A DNA stretch of 64,000 bases, from assembly GCA_948433435.1 (NCBI GenBank), contig CAOJDX010000002.1:25432-89431 (forward strand), in the 5' to 3' direction. The position numbers were made by a program, and so were the translations under genes. This stretch comes from an uncultured Clostridia bacterium (GTDB lineage: Bacteria; Bacillota_I; Bacilli_A; RF39; UBA660). The notes beneath the pieces were generated by a model, which was not told where the DNA came from, searched no databases, and worked only from the letters and a program-made list of their open reading frames with translations. Below are positions 32,621 through 41,285 of this stretch, piece by piece (position 1 is the first letter of the stretch; each line of letters opens with the position of its first letter).

Positions 32621-32719
32621 ATGAAATATAAGTCAAAGTTCGATCTATTATATGAGCTACTTCTTAAAAAACATATAAACGTAGATCTTCTTATTGAACT
32701 TCTAAAGTATTTCAAATAG
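32621..32719 (+). CDS. Small ORF (32 aa) with strong SD
   Basis: It has AAGGAGGGGG 6 nt upstream and TTATAATAT as a -10 element. It encodes MKYKSKFDLLYELLLKKHINVDLLIELLKYFK. Confidence 0.25.
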   Translation: MKYKSKFDLLYELLLKKHINVDLLIELLKYFK

Positions 32720-32730
32720 GAATACTTTTT

Positions 32731-33096
32731 TTATTCCTTTTTATCAATAATAAATTCTTTATTTTTTTCTATAAACTTTAATAATTTATTAAAACTTTCT
32801 TCTGAGAGATCTTCGCCGTCGAAAAAATCATTTTCCATTAAAGCGTCTTTGAGTTTTTCTTTGATATTTTCCGCAGCTTTTCTTTCTTGCCACCCTAATA
32901 GATAGTTTGCGTCAACATCAAGTGCACCACATAAGGAGCATAATGTATCAGCGTCTGGCTTACTTGTTCCTTTTTCCCAGTTTGAAATAGCTGTATTTCC
33001 GAATTTCATTTCGTCATCACTTATTAACTCGGCTAATTGCTCTTGCGTTATTCCTTTTTTTATTCTAGCATTTCTAATATTTTCCCCTAATGACAT
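32731..33096 (-). CDS. XRE-family HTH repressor (cI-like)
   Basis: It has an N-terminal HTH (IRNARIKKGITQEQLAELI) and is divergent from a cro-like gene. Confidence 0.8.
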   Translation of the reverse strand: MSLGENIRNARIKKGITQEQLAELISDDEMKFGNTAISNWEKGTSKPDADTLCSLCGALDVDANYLLGWQERKAAENIKEKLKDALMENDFFDGEDLSEESFNKLLKFIEKNKEFIIDKKE

Positions 33097-33158
33097 TTAA
33101 AACCACCTCTCTTTAATTAGAATTATAACATTTAAAAAATGTCAAGTAAATACAAAAA

Positions 33159-33245
33159 TTCAAGAAACTTGAAATTTTATCATAAAAACATATTGACTTT
33201 ATTCAAGAACTATGGAATAATGAAAATAACTTCAAGATACTTGGA
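33159..33245. promoter_or_regulatory. Lysogeny switch region: three TTCAAG-N3-CTTG(A/G)A operator-like palindromes and the cro promoter
   Basis: O1 is ttcaagaaacttgaa at 33159-33173. O2 is ttcaagaactatgg at 33203-33216 and overlaps the promoter spacer. O3 is ttcaagatacttgga at 33231-33245. The promoter is TTGACT (33194-33199), a 16-nt spacer and AATAAT. Confidence 0.5.
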
Positions 33246-33267
33246 GTCAAAAATAAGGAGGTGTACT

Positions 33268-33498
33268 ATGAAAGTCTATGAAAGATTAAATAAATACATT
33301 AAAGAAAATGGTATTAAACAGTCTTATATTTCTGAAAAGTCCAAGATACCTGAAAATACTTTAAGTATGATTTTAAACGGAAAATTAAGATTAGACGCAG
33401 ATAAACTGCAAGACATTATAACAGCATTAAATATTGATCCTAATATTATTATTTATGCGCCTAATAATTCAACATCTGAAATATCAAACACTAACTAA
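33268..33498 (+). CDS. XRE-family HTH protein (Cro-like)
   Basis: It has an HTH (KENGIKQSYISEKSKIPENTLSMILNGK) and GGAGGTG upstream of ATG 33268. Confidence 0.7.
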   Translation: MKVYERLNKYIKENGIKQSYISEKSKIPENTLSMILNGKLRLDADKLQDIITALNIDPNIIIYAPNNSTSEISNTN

Positions 33499-33522
33499 CA
33501 TAAAATTTAATGAGGTGTTGAA

Positions 33523-33765
33523 ATGGAAAATACAGAAAGCTATCACACAATTAAGGAGCTAACACTAGGAAAAACGCAAGTTAGGGTTTGTATAGAGTCT
33601 ATTCCAACAGAAGATCAAATAAAAAGACGTTTAACTAAAATTTATGATGTCGTTAATGATATAGCTCGTAAAGCAGAAAGACGAGGCGTTGATACTTCTA
33701 AATGGTTTTATACTCCTAAACAAATTCGTCAGTTAAAGGAAAGCTCAGAAAATAGATTTATCTAA
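33523..33765 (+). CDS. Hypothetical phage early protein
   Basis: It is an 80-aa ORF following the cro-like gene. Confidence 0.4.
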   Translation: MENTESYHTIKELTLGKTQVRVCIESIPTEDQIKRRLTKIYDVVNDIARKAERRGVDTSKWFYTPKQIRQLKESSENRFI

Positions 33766-34155
33766 CTTTCCCTAGTAGGACAAGCTCTAAAAAAGAAAAG
33801 GAGAAACTATCATAAGAAAAAAACGTAAACTTAAAACTTGGGTAAGAGTTACCCTAACAATATTATTAACCATTATTATTGGTTTAATACTAGGTCTAAT
33901 AATCAAGAAAGGAGTCGACGACTTTGAGGAATTAGCGAGACAATGCGATCAAGACCGTGGCTATACTTGCTCTTATTATGATATAAGACAATATTCCTTA
34001 GGTAAGTAAAAAATATGTATGGAAGATCTAATAAAAAAAGATTTATAAGTTGGATCAGAACTCATAAATCAAAATGTAAACTTTCTTATAATTTACTCTC
34101 TAATTGTACCATATTTAGGGGGTAAAGTCAAAATATGGACGATTGGAGGTAAAAC

Positions 34156-34830
34156 ATGAAAGATAGTTATATAATGCACTGCGACTATAGTAGTCATTTT
34201 GAATTATTAACAGACGAAGAATTAGGTCGGCTAATACGCGACGTAAACAACTATGTTAAAAATGGTGTTTTACCCCAATACTCCGAGAGAGATCGCGTTT
34301 TAAATATGGCCTTTAGCTTCATGAAAACTAATATTGATATTGAAACCGAAAAATACATCAAGAAATGTGAAAAAAACAAAGAAAATGGGCGACGTGGTGG
34401 AAGACCGAGAAACCCAGAAAAAGCGAACGGTTTTGACGAAAACCCAGAAGAAGCCAAAAAAGCCGATACTGATACTGATACTACAACTGATACTGATACT
34501 ACAACTGATACTGATACTACAACTGATACTGATACTGAAACAACTAATAAAGGTGTGTGTAAAAAAAGCGCGCACGCGAAAGAAATCACTTGTCATTTAG
34601 GAAGTGAATACAAAGAAGAGTCTTGTTTCTACTGTATGAAAAAGAATTTATGTAAGAATAAAGACTCGCCTAGTTTTAAATTTTCCCACCCTCACGAAAC
34701 ATTTAGCGAGTGGAATAAAAAACTAGAACAAAGAAAAGAAGAAGTCATAAAAGAATTAGAGTCTATGGGTAAAAACCCAGATATAGAGCTTATTGATTAT
34801 GACTGGTTAAATGAAGACTTAGACACGTAA
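34156..34830 (+). CDS. Phage replisome-organizer-like protein with (TDTDTT)n repeat and C-terminal Cys cluster
   Basis: It has an N-terminal Lin1244/DnaD-like region, an acidic tandem repeat and a CxxxxxxxxCxxC cluster. Confidence 0.35.
   Translation: MKDSYIMHCDYSSHFELLTDEELGRLIRDVNNYVKNGVLPQYSERDRVLNMAFSFMKTNIDIETEKYIKKCEKNKENGRRGGRPRNPEKANGFDENPEEAKKADTDTDTTTDTDTTTDTDTTTDTDTETTNKGVCKKSAHAKEITCHLGSEYKEESCFYCMKKNLCKNKDSPSFKFSHPHETFSEWNKKLEQRKEEVIKELESMGKNPDIELIDYDWLNEDLDT
34455..34545 (+). repeat. 18-bp tandem repeat (gatactgatactacaact) x ~4 built on 6-bp GATACT subunits
   Basis: The repeat is directly visible in the sequence. It encodes TDTDTT units. Confidence 0.8.
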
Positions 34831-34846
34831 AGGAGGAAATTATATT

Positions 34847-35101
34847 ATGAGAATAACAAGTGTTAAAGTTAAAAAAATAGAAGAAAAAAATTCACGCTTA
34901 GTAGGAGTAGCTACTGCGGTAATTGATAAAGTATTTATCATTGAAGATATTAAGATTATTAAAGGCGACGAGAAATTGTTTCTAGCTATGCCTAGTCAAA
35001 AAATGCCTGACGGATCATACAAAGATATAGCACACCCACTTAACGCAGACTGTAGAAAGTTATTTGAAGACGCTATCTTAACAGAATATGATAATTGCTA
35101 A
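34847..35101 (+). CDS. SpoVG-family protein (phage-encoded)
   Basis: MRITSVKVKKIEE...KVFIIEDIKIIKGDEKLFLAMPSQKMPDGSYKDIAHPLNADCRKLFEDAIL aligns along its length with SpoVG (MEVTDVRL...[36 protein letters not shown]). Confidence 0.7.
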   Translation: MRITSVKVKKIEEKNSRLVGVATAVIDKVFIIEDIKIIKGDEKLFLAMPSQKMPDGSYKDIAHPLNADCRKLFEDAILTEYDNC

Positions 35102-35636
35102 TGAAATATGGAAATCTATCGAGTACGATCCTCGTTACCAGGTATCGAACTACGGAAGATTTAGAAAGAAAAACCCTAAAAATGGTTATAGATATTTAAA
35201 GCCATTTCGTAAAGGTAATCTATTCCAGGTAAAAATAAAAGATAAAGATATGAATTGTGCTAGATTAGTAGCTAATGCCTTTATAAAACAATTAGCTAAA
35301 GAAGATCGTGTTTATCACAAAAACAAAAATGAAAGTGATAACTATTATCGTAATTTAGAAATTGTAACATTAAAAGAACTAGGAAAACGTACAGGTCATA
35401 TATCTAAGTCGCAGCGTGTAGTTGAAGTAAAAGACGACGAAATAATAAGAGACTGGCCTTCTGCTCGCAAAGCTGCTAAAGACTTGTATATTTCATATCA
35501 AACAGTTATGGACTATTGTAATAATAAAGTAAAAAAGCCTATGTTTAATCTTATGTGGGAAGACGATTACTTCGATATGGTTTTCGAGCCATTTGTTTGG
35601 GAGAACAAACGGAGGAAATATGAAGTTAAAAATTAA
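35088..35636 (+). CDS. NUMOD4/HNH-like homing endonuclease family protein
   Basis: It has an N-terminal IWKSIEYDPRYQVSNYGRFR (NUMOD4-like) motif. Confidence 0.5.
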   Translation: MIIANEIWKSIEYDPRYQVSNYGRFRKKNPKNGYRYLKPFRKGNLFQVKIKDKDMNCARLVANAFIKQLAKEDRVYHKNKNESDNYYRNLEIVTLKELGKRTGHISKSQRVVEVKDDEIIRDWPSARKAAKDLYISYQTVMDYCNNKVKKPMFNLMWEDDYFDMVFEPFVWENKRRKYEVKN

Positions 35637-35982
35637 AAAATACATCAGACAGTTTATAGATTATACATTAACAGAAGAATTTAAGTCAATAGTTATCATA
35701 TTTTTAGTAGCTGTTACTATCTTAGCTGTATGTTGGGGCGCAATAATGACAGCTCTTACACAGGACCTTACTAATGTAGCTATAGAGAGAGGCGAAAAAA
35801 TCACAGAGTTAGAGCAACGCGTCGACTATTTTAGTGGCGAGGCTGCTAGATACAAAATGATTAGTGAAGAATATTACGAGTTATTTACTACTTGTCAAGA
35901 TACTGAAAGTTGGTACGAAAAATTTTACTACGACAATGTAGATCCATATACAGGAGAAATTGAGGGCGAATATTATGAGTAG
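35593..35982 (+). CDS. Hypothetical membrane protein
   Basis: The ORF has one transmembrane segment. Confidence 0.35.
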   Translation: MFGRTNGGNMKLKIKKYIRQFIDYTLTEEFKSIVIIFLVAVTILAVCWGAIMTALTQDLTNVAIERGEKITELEQRVDYFSGEAARYKMISEEYYELFTTCQDTESWYEKFYYDNVDPYTGEIEGEYYE

Positions 35983-36319
35983 TAATATTATATGTCTGTT
36001 ACTCGGTATAATATTCGGATCAATAATCACTTACATAGCTTATCATGATGTATTAAAAAGTAAAGACGATTTAATAGACGATTATAGAAAAGGTATTAAG
36101 ATCCACAATAACCGTGAACTTAAACTAATATTTATAAATCAGTCTACTAAAGATTATGTAAAAAAACAACAAAATATTATTAAAAGTAACTATGGTAAAA
36201 ATGAAAAGCCTACTACTGACGATACTATCGCAGCTGGTTACTATAGTGCTCTTAAAGATGTCGAAAAAACTATCACTCAATTTGAAAAGAACTCGGAGGA
36301 ACTTGTAACAAAGGAGTGA
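35960..36319 (+). CDS. Hypothetical membrane protein
   Basis: The ORF has an N-terminal transmembrane segment. Confidence 0.35.
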   Translation: MRANIMSSNIICLLLGIIFGSIITYIAYHDVLKSKDDLIDDYRKGIKIHNNRELKLIFINQSTKDYVKKQQNIIKSNYGKNEKPTTDDTIAAGYYSALKDVEKTITQFEKNSEELVTKE

Positions 36320-36323
36320 TCTT

Positions 36324-36965
36324 ATGTCTAAATCTAAGCCTAGATATTTTAGAGTAAAATTCGGACGTAAAACAGTTAGGCCGTTTAAAAAGCCAGATAT
36401 TGATAATATGATCGTAAATTGTAAAAAACGTATGGCCGAAGCTGAAACGAAAGAAGATCAAGAACAATATTACTTATGGTATCGAAACTATATGATTTTA
36501 CATCTAGGTAGAAACTTAGCCTTTCGTATAGAGGATCTATTACAATTAAAAACAGACAATTTTAAAAATGGTGGTATATATACGAGAGAGTTTAAGACTG
36601 GAAAAGAGCAGACATTCGAATTACACCCTTCTCTAGCTAAAGACGTTGAAGAATACGTAAATAAATTCGAGTTAGTCGAAGGAGAGTATTTATTCAAGAG
36701 TCGTAAAGGTGTTAATAAACCTATTACACGTCAAAGAGCATGGCAGATTATAAAACAATTAGCTAATGAAGTTAAAGTCAATTATGTTGTAGGCTGCCAC
36801 TCTTTACGTAAATACTTTGCTCGTACTTATTACGAACAGACAGGAGATCTTATCGGCCTATCAGAGATGTTAAACCACTCTAGCCCTAGAGTAACGCTTA
36901 TATACATCTGCTGGGAGACTGACGATAAGGAAGAAAAAAGAAAAGGCTTCTATTTAGGAGGTTAA
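36324..36965 (+). CDS. Tyrosine recombinase, catalytic-domain-only (phage integrase family)
   Basis: It has the catalytic residues R (GRNLAFRIEDL), K (FKTGKEQ), HxLR (GCHSLRKYFA) and Y (NHSSPRVTLIYI). It has no N-terminal core-binding domain. Confidence 0.7.
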   Translation: MSKSKPRYFRVKFGRKTVRPFKKPDIDNMIVNCKKRMAEAETKEDQEQYYLWYRNYMILHLGRNLAFRIEDLLQLKTDNFKNGGIYTREFKTGKEQTFELHPSLAKDVEEYVNKFELVEGEYLFKSRKGVNKPITRQRAWQIIKQLANEVKVNYVVGCHSLRKYFARTYYEQTGDLIGLSEMLNHSSPRVTLIYICWETDDKEEKRKGFYLGG

Positions 36966-36967
36966 TC

Positions 36968-37534
36968 ATGAATAAACAAGAGCAGCTTAGCATTATAGAT
37001 AATTCTACAACTTATGAAGTAGACAAGACACAAAATAAGGATCATGTAGCTACTCCTCGTTGGGTAGTAGAAAATATATACGATTTAATTGATATTAAAA
37101 GCTTTAAAATGATATGGTTTCCTTTTAATAACTACGATAGTCATTTTAAATTAAAAGCTGACGAATTAAACCTACAGTATAAAGCTACACATATCTTTGA
37201 TAACTTAGGTAATGATTTCTTTACTACATTACCACCTAAAGACTGTGATCTGTTAATTAGTAACCCACCTTTCTCACAACAAAACGAAATTATAAAAAGA
37301 AGTTTTGAGTTAGTGGAGCTAGGTTTAATTAAGTCTTTCTGTTTATTACTTCCTTTATCTACTTTAGAGACTCCTAAAAGAGCCGAGATATACGAAAAGT
37401 ATATTGATAAATTAAACATACTTATCTTTAAGAAGAGAATTAAGTTTTTAGGTAAAGCTACAAGCTTTAATACTGCTTGCTGCTGGGTATGTTATAACAT
37501 TGACTCACTTAAACAAAAAATAATATGGATCTAA
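36968..37534 (+). CDS. N6-adenine DNA methyltransferase (small, NPPF motif)
   Basis: It carries the DLLISNPPF motif IV. Confidence 0.55.
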   Translation: MNKQEQLSIIDNSTTYEVDKTQNKDHVATPRWVVENIYDLIDIKSFKMIWFPFNNYDSHFKLKADELNLQYKATHIFDNLGNDFFTTLPPKDCDLLISNPPFSQQNEIIKRSFELVELGLIKSFCLLLPLSTLETPKRAEIYEKYIDKLNILIFKKRIKFLGKATSFNTACCWVCYNIDSLKQKIIWI

Positions 37535-37866
37535 GGAGGTTAACTATGTTTGAAAATATTAAAAATTATAACGATTTAAAAACATTATTTAATACTAATG
37601 ATAAAACATTTAATACTTACAGTTATTTAAAATGTTGTTCTAGGTATGGCGAAGGTGGACGTTTAATCATTACTCCAAGTAAAGAAGCTAGCAAAGATAT
37701 ATTTATTAGATTTCAACAAGAAAATAAAGTCGGATCATTTATCAGAAATGGAAATACTTTTAAGATTTCTATAGGAGCTGAGGAAATACTTATTTATGAT
37801 ATTGAGTATTTACAGACACATCATTTAGACGGTATTAGATTTAAAAGTATAAATTTTATGGAGTGA
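37525..37866 (+). CDS. Hypothetical phage protein
   Basis: ORF in a co-directional early/middle gene array. Confidence 0.35.
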   Translation: MDLRRLTMFENIKNYNDLKTLFNTNDKTFNTYSYLKCCSRYGEGGRLIITPSKEASKDIFIRFQQENKVGSFIRNGNTFKISIGAEEILIYDIEYLQTHHLDGIRFKSINFME

Positions 37867-37870
37867 TATT

Positions 37871-38266
37871 ATGGAAGAAAAAATAAAAGCGAAACCATTT
37901 AATTTAGATAACTTAAATAGATACTTACAAGAAATAGACGGAGATGTCTTAAATGTCGGCTATGATTTATCAGAAAATAAAGATCACGCAGCTTTAACAA
38001 TAGCTCGTCATGAAAAAGGTGTAATAAGAGTTCTATCTACTATCTATGATAGAGAGGCTAAACTAATGTATAACCTATTAAAAGGTGCTAGCCCTTCTAT
38101 AGAAGATGTCGTTTATATGTTAGAAAAATATTACTCTTTACAAGATATAGCTATTATTAGCGGTAAATTAAGAAAGACCGTTTTATCTAAAGCTGGTAGT
38201 CAATTAACAGTAGCATATTTAGAAAACGGATCATTATTAAGGAGTGCTAGCAACTATGAAAACTAA
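37871..38266 (+). CDS. Hypothetical phage protein
   Basis: ORF in a co-directional array. Confidence 0.35.
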   Translation: MEEKIKAKPFNLDNLNRYLQEIDGDVLNVGYDLSENKDHAALTIARHEKGVIRVLSTIYDREAKLMYNLLKGASPSIEDVVYMLEKYYSLQDIAIISGKLRKTVLSKAGSQLTVAYLENGSLLRSASNYEN

Positions 38267-38675
38267 AATTAAACATCATTGTAAGTTTAATAATAAATTA
38301 TTATTGCTTACCCCACTAGAGCACCATATAGCACATGATATAGAAGCAACAGCACTTACTCCACACTTTCATAGCGTTAATATTGCTATATTACGAACAA
38401 TAAAAACCTGTAAAAAAGACTTTTGCTTTATTGAAGCATGGCGTATTAAAAGATTATTAAAATATTATAAGAAAGCTATTGAAGAAGAACAACTAAAAAT
38501 ATTTTTATATAATAAAAAATTACAAGTACAATGTGGCCGTGCTAATGGTAAAACTTTCTATACTACTAATATGTGGTTAAATGTAGAATATCGCCTACTA
38601 AAGAAACAACATAAATATATTAAAGCGTTAAAAATTAAAAGGTTAATAAAAAAATACAATAAAGGAAAATTATAG
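38244..38675 (+). CDS. Hypothetical phage protein (basic)
   Basis: ORF in a co-directional array. Confidence 0.35.
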   Translation: MLATMKTKIKHHCKFNNKLLLLTPLEHHIAHDIEATALTPHFHSVNIAILRTIKTCKKDFCFIEAWRIKRLLKYYKKAIEEEQLKIFLYNKKLQVQCGRANGKTFYTTNMWLNVEYRLLKKQHKYIKALKIKRLIKKYNKGKL

Positions 38676-38686
38676 GAGGTATCATT

Positions 38687-38926
38687 ATGGAAGAAGAAAT
38701 AAAAAAAGAAATTAAAGATTTACGAACAAAGATAGATAACTTTGAAAGAAAATATCTATTTGCCGGTAATTATAAACTTGTAGTAGCTATATTAGATAAA
38801 TTAGGAATTGATAATTTAGAAATTTCATACGAAGATCTTAATCAAAAATATAATGATGTTAAATATATTGTTGAGTATAGTGAGGACTTTAAAACAGTAA
38901 CAGTTAGAAGGTATGAAAATGATTAA
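38687..38926 (+). CDS. Hypothetical phage protein
   Basis: ORF with GGAGG upstream. Confidence 0.35.
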   Translation: MEEEIKKEIKDLRTKIDNFERKYLFAGNYKLVVAILDKLGIDNLEISYEDLNQKYNDVKYIVEYSEDFKTVTVRRYEND

Positions 38927-39176
38927 ATTAACTGATATTCAAAAGGAGAATATTGTAGATCATATAATGAATAGTCAAATAAGATGTAAAAGATGTTCTA
39001 AATATGACGGAGATAGAAGCGATAAAGCTGATAAAGAAGATGTTAAGTACCATTGTACTGTAGATACATACGACGGTAGATGTTGGTATTACTGTTTTTC
39101 AGAAATATATAACTATATTGAAAGTAATAACTTATGGGAAGTTATGATAAAAAAACATAGAATTAAGAATTTTTAA
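38913..39176 (+). CDS. Hypothetical Cys-rich phage protein
   Basis: ORF with a CKRCSKYDGD...HC pattern. Confidence 0.3.
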   Translation: MKMIKLTDIQKENIVDHIMNSQIRCKRCSKYDGDRSDKADKEDVKYHCTVDTYDGRCWYYCFSEIYNYIESNNLWEVMIKKHRIKNF

Positions 39177-39357
39177 AAAATCACTAGCAATTTTACATAA
39201 TGAAAAGTTGTAAATTCGATAAAAACTAACACCTTCCTATTATAGGGAAAATGCTTATAAATTCTCGAAAAATTACCCTAGTAGATAGTGGCTCGTGAAT
39301 TTAACAGAATTATGTCATTATGTAAAATTCGTAATAGTAAGAAATGAGGTGTCGATT

Positions 39358-39642
39358 ATGACAGATAGCGACTTCGATATTGTCGATTATAGAGAGTATG
39401 GTACATTTAATGGTAAACCTACTTTACCTAGTTATAACCGAGAAGAACGAAGAAAATATATAAGAGATCATAAAAATAAAAATGGTTGTAAACTTTGTCC
39501 TAATTGTAAAAATAAAACAATGTTTATAACTGACGATAATAATAAAGAATTTTGTGAGTTGTGTGGTAAATTATACCCAACTATAATGTTTAAAAATGAA
39601 AATGGAGATTACGTTCCTTTAGGAGTTGGAAAAATATGTTGA
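39358..39642 (+). CDS. Hypothetical zinc-ribbon phage protein
   Basis: It has CKLCPNC...CELCG pairs. The start was chosen at ATG after GAGGTG. Confidence 0.35.
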   Translation: MTDSDFDIVDYREYGTFNGKPTLPSYNREERRKYIRDHKNKNGCKLCPNCKNKTMFITDDNNKEFCELCGKLYPTIMFKNENGDYVPLGVGKIC

Positions 39643-39917
39643 CTTTACCAATTAAGAAAAAATGGTTTGATATGATCCTTAGCGGAGAGAAAAAAGAAGA
39701 GTATCGAGAAATAAAACCTTACTACGATAGTCGTTTTAAATATATCGGCCCAGAATATATGTATAAAATCATTTTTCGAAATGGTTACAGCAAGAATAGT
39801 CCAGCTATTAAATGCAGCTGTATTATTTACAAAAAGTGTGGTAACCCAGACTGGGGAGCTATTCCAGATAAAGAATATTATGTTTTAAAAATATTAAGTA
39901 TGGAGGTAATTAAATGA
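39636..39917 (+). CDS. ASCH/PUA-like domain protein
   Basis: LPIKKKWFDMILSGEKKEEYREIKPYY resembles ASCH. Confidence 0.35.
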   Translation: MLTLPIKKKWFDMILSGEKKEEYREIKPYYDSRFKYIGPEYMYKIIFRNGYSKNSPAIKCSCIIYKKCGNPDWGAIPDKEYYVLKILSMEVIK

Positions 39918-40291
39918 AAAAAATAAATTATATAAGTATTGAAATCAGATCAGACGGAAAAAATGACATATTTACTACTGATTATGACTTGATGTTTGAA
40001 ACAGACGAACAAGTTTGTATAAAGCATGGCGAAAAATTAGAAATACTAACTTTAAAAAAAAGATACATTAAAAATTCACTCTCAATTAGAAGACATACAC
40101 ATTTATTTTAGAGACTGGGACTTTTTAAAGTATAAAGCTATTCATTGTAGCACTTATACTACAAAAGATCTTACAGAAGTATTGGAAGAAATGAAAAAGA
40201 AAATAACTAAGTTTATTCATAAAGAGTATGACTGGTTATTTGGGAAAGATATAGAAGACAGAATAAACTCTATAACTTTGGAGACTAGACA

Positions 40292-40492
40292 ATGAATTTG
40301 GTAGAAACAAAAAGATATTATAATGCTTTATCAGAAATAAGAGTGAAATGTCCGTGTAGTCATACATTGTTTTTCCCTTCTTATGGTCCAGATATACAGA
40401 TTTGTTCTCATTGCGGACATAAAGTCTATAGAAATGACAAAGTAAAATTTATGGATCTATTAAATAAACAGTTAAAAGTTAGGAGGTGCTAA
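40292..40492 (+). CDS. Hypothetical zinc-ribbon protein
   Basis: It has CPCSH...CSHCGH. Confidence 0.3.
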   Translation: MNLVETKRYYNALSEIRVKCPCSHTLFFPSYGPDIQICSHCGHKVYRNDKVKFMDLLNKQLKVRRC

Positions 40493-40695
40493 AAATGGAA
40501 GAACAAAAGAAAGAATTACATTGTTCCGAGTGTGGTGTTAAAATTGAAGGCGAATATTACAAGTGTTTAGATAATTGCCTACAAGTAAATTTTTTTGATA
40601 CAGAGGAAGAAAATTGTTTTTGCTCTACGGAGTGTTTTGATAAATATATGTCTTTGGAGCAGCTAAATATTGAAGACGACGAAGACGAAATTTAA
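40486..40695 (+). CDS. Hypothetical zinc-ribbon protein
   Basis: It has CSECG...C...C. Confidence 0.3.
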   Translation: MLKMEEQKKELHCSECGVKIEGEYYKCLDNCLQVNFFDTEEENCFCSTECFDKYMSLEQLNIEDDEDEI

Positions 40696-40873
40696 AGATA
40701 AATGCGACGAGTGCGGAAAATTTGATTTTCTTAGAGGCGTTAATAATAAGTGCCTTTGTGAAAATTGCATAAAGCAATATAACTTACCTGTTGAAGAAAA
40801 ACAATTAAGCATTTTTGATATGGAGGTATTAGAAAATGGACAACAACGCAGAAATAGTGAAATTAGTAAATGA
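40670..40873 (+). CDS. Hypothetical zinc-ribbon protein
   Basis: It has CDECG...CLCENC. Confidence 0.3.
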   Translation: MKTTKTKFKDKCDECGKFDFLRGVNNKCLCENCIKQYNLPVEEKQLSIFDMEVLENGQQRRNSEISK

Positions 40874-41177
40874 ACTTTATGACAATATTCGTGAAGCTAT
40901 TACACCAATAGTAGAAGCTATAAAAAAACTTGCTGACTCTTTATCTACTGCTTTCTTAGAAGCGTGGAAAGAGGTAAAATATGATATAAACTATTTTGAT
41001 ATAAATATATCGCGTAAAAGATTTACTAAGCTTCTCATTTCTATTGGTTATCAGAGAAACGACGCTAATAAAATAGCATGGAAATATCACGAAGAAAAAG
41101 GAAAGTATACTTTACTCGACTTTTTAATAGAAAATCGAAAAAAGGAGGATCTAAAAAATGATATGGTTAGGAATTAG
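40836..41177 (+). CDS. Hypothetical phage protein
   Basis: ORF. Confidence 0.3.
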   Translation: MDNNAEIVKLVNELYDNIREAITPIVEAIKKLADSLSTAFLEAWKEVKYDINYFDINISRKRFTKLLISIGYQRNDANKIAWKYHEEKGKYTLLDFLIENRKKEDLKNDMVRN

Positions 41178-41285
41178 TATTATAATTTCTTCTCTATTGC
41201 TAGACGCTGGTATGTATGTAGCTGTAGAAAGATATTTTGAGTTAAAACATAGTAAAAAATAATTGTAGAAAAGGAGGACTTAAAA

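Noticed and set aside
32527-32715. 62-aa minus-strand ORF overlapping the start of the 159-aa moron gene
   Set aside because: It has no RBS and lies out of frame in a promoter region. The plus-strand 32-aa ORF with a strong SD is the better candidate, and even that is uncertain.
34251-34600. Three overlapping ORFs (34251..34589 -, 34300..34596 -, 34334..34600 +)
   Set aside because: They are artefacts of the GATACT tandem repeat, which is open in every frame. Only the 34156..34830 frame has an RBS and flanking coding context.
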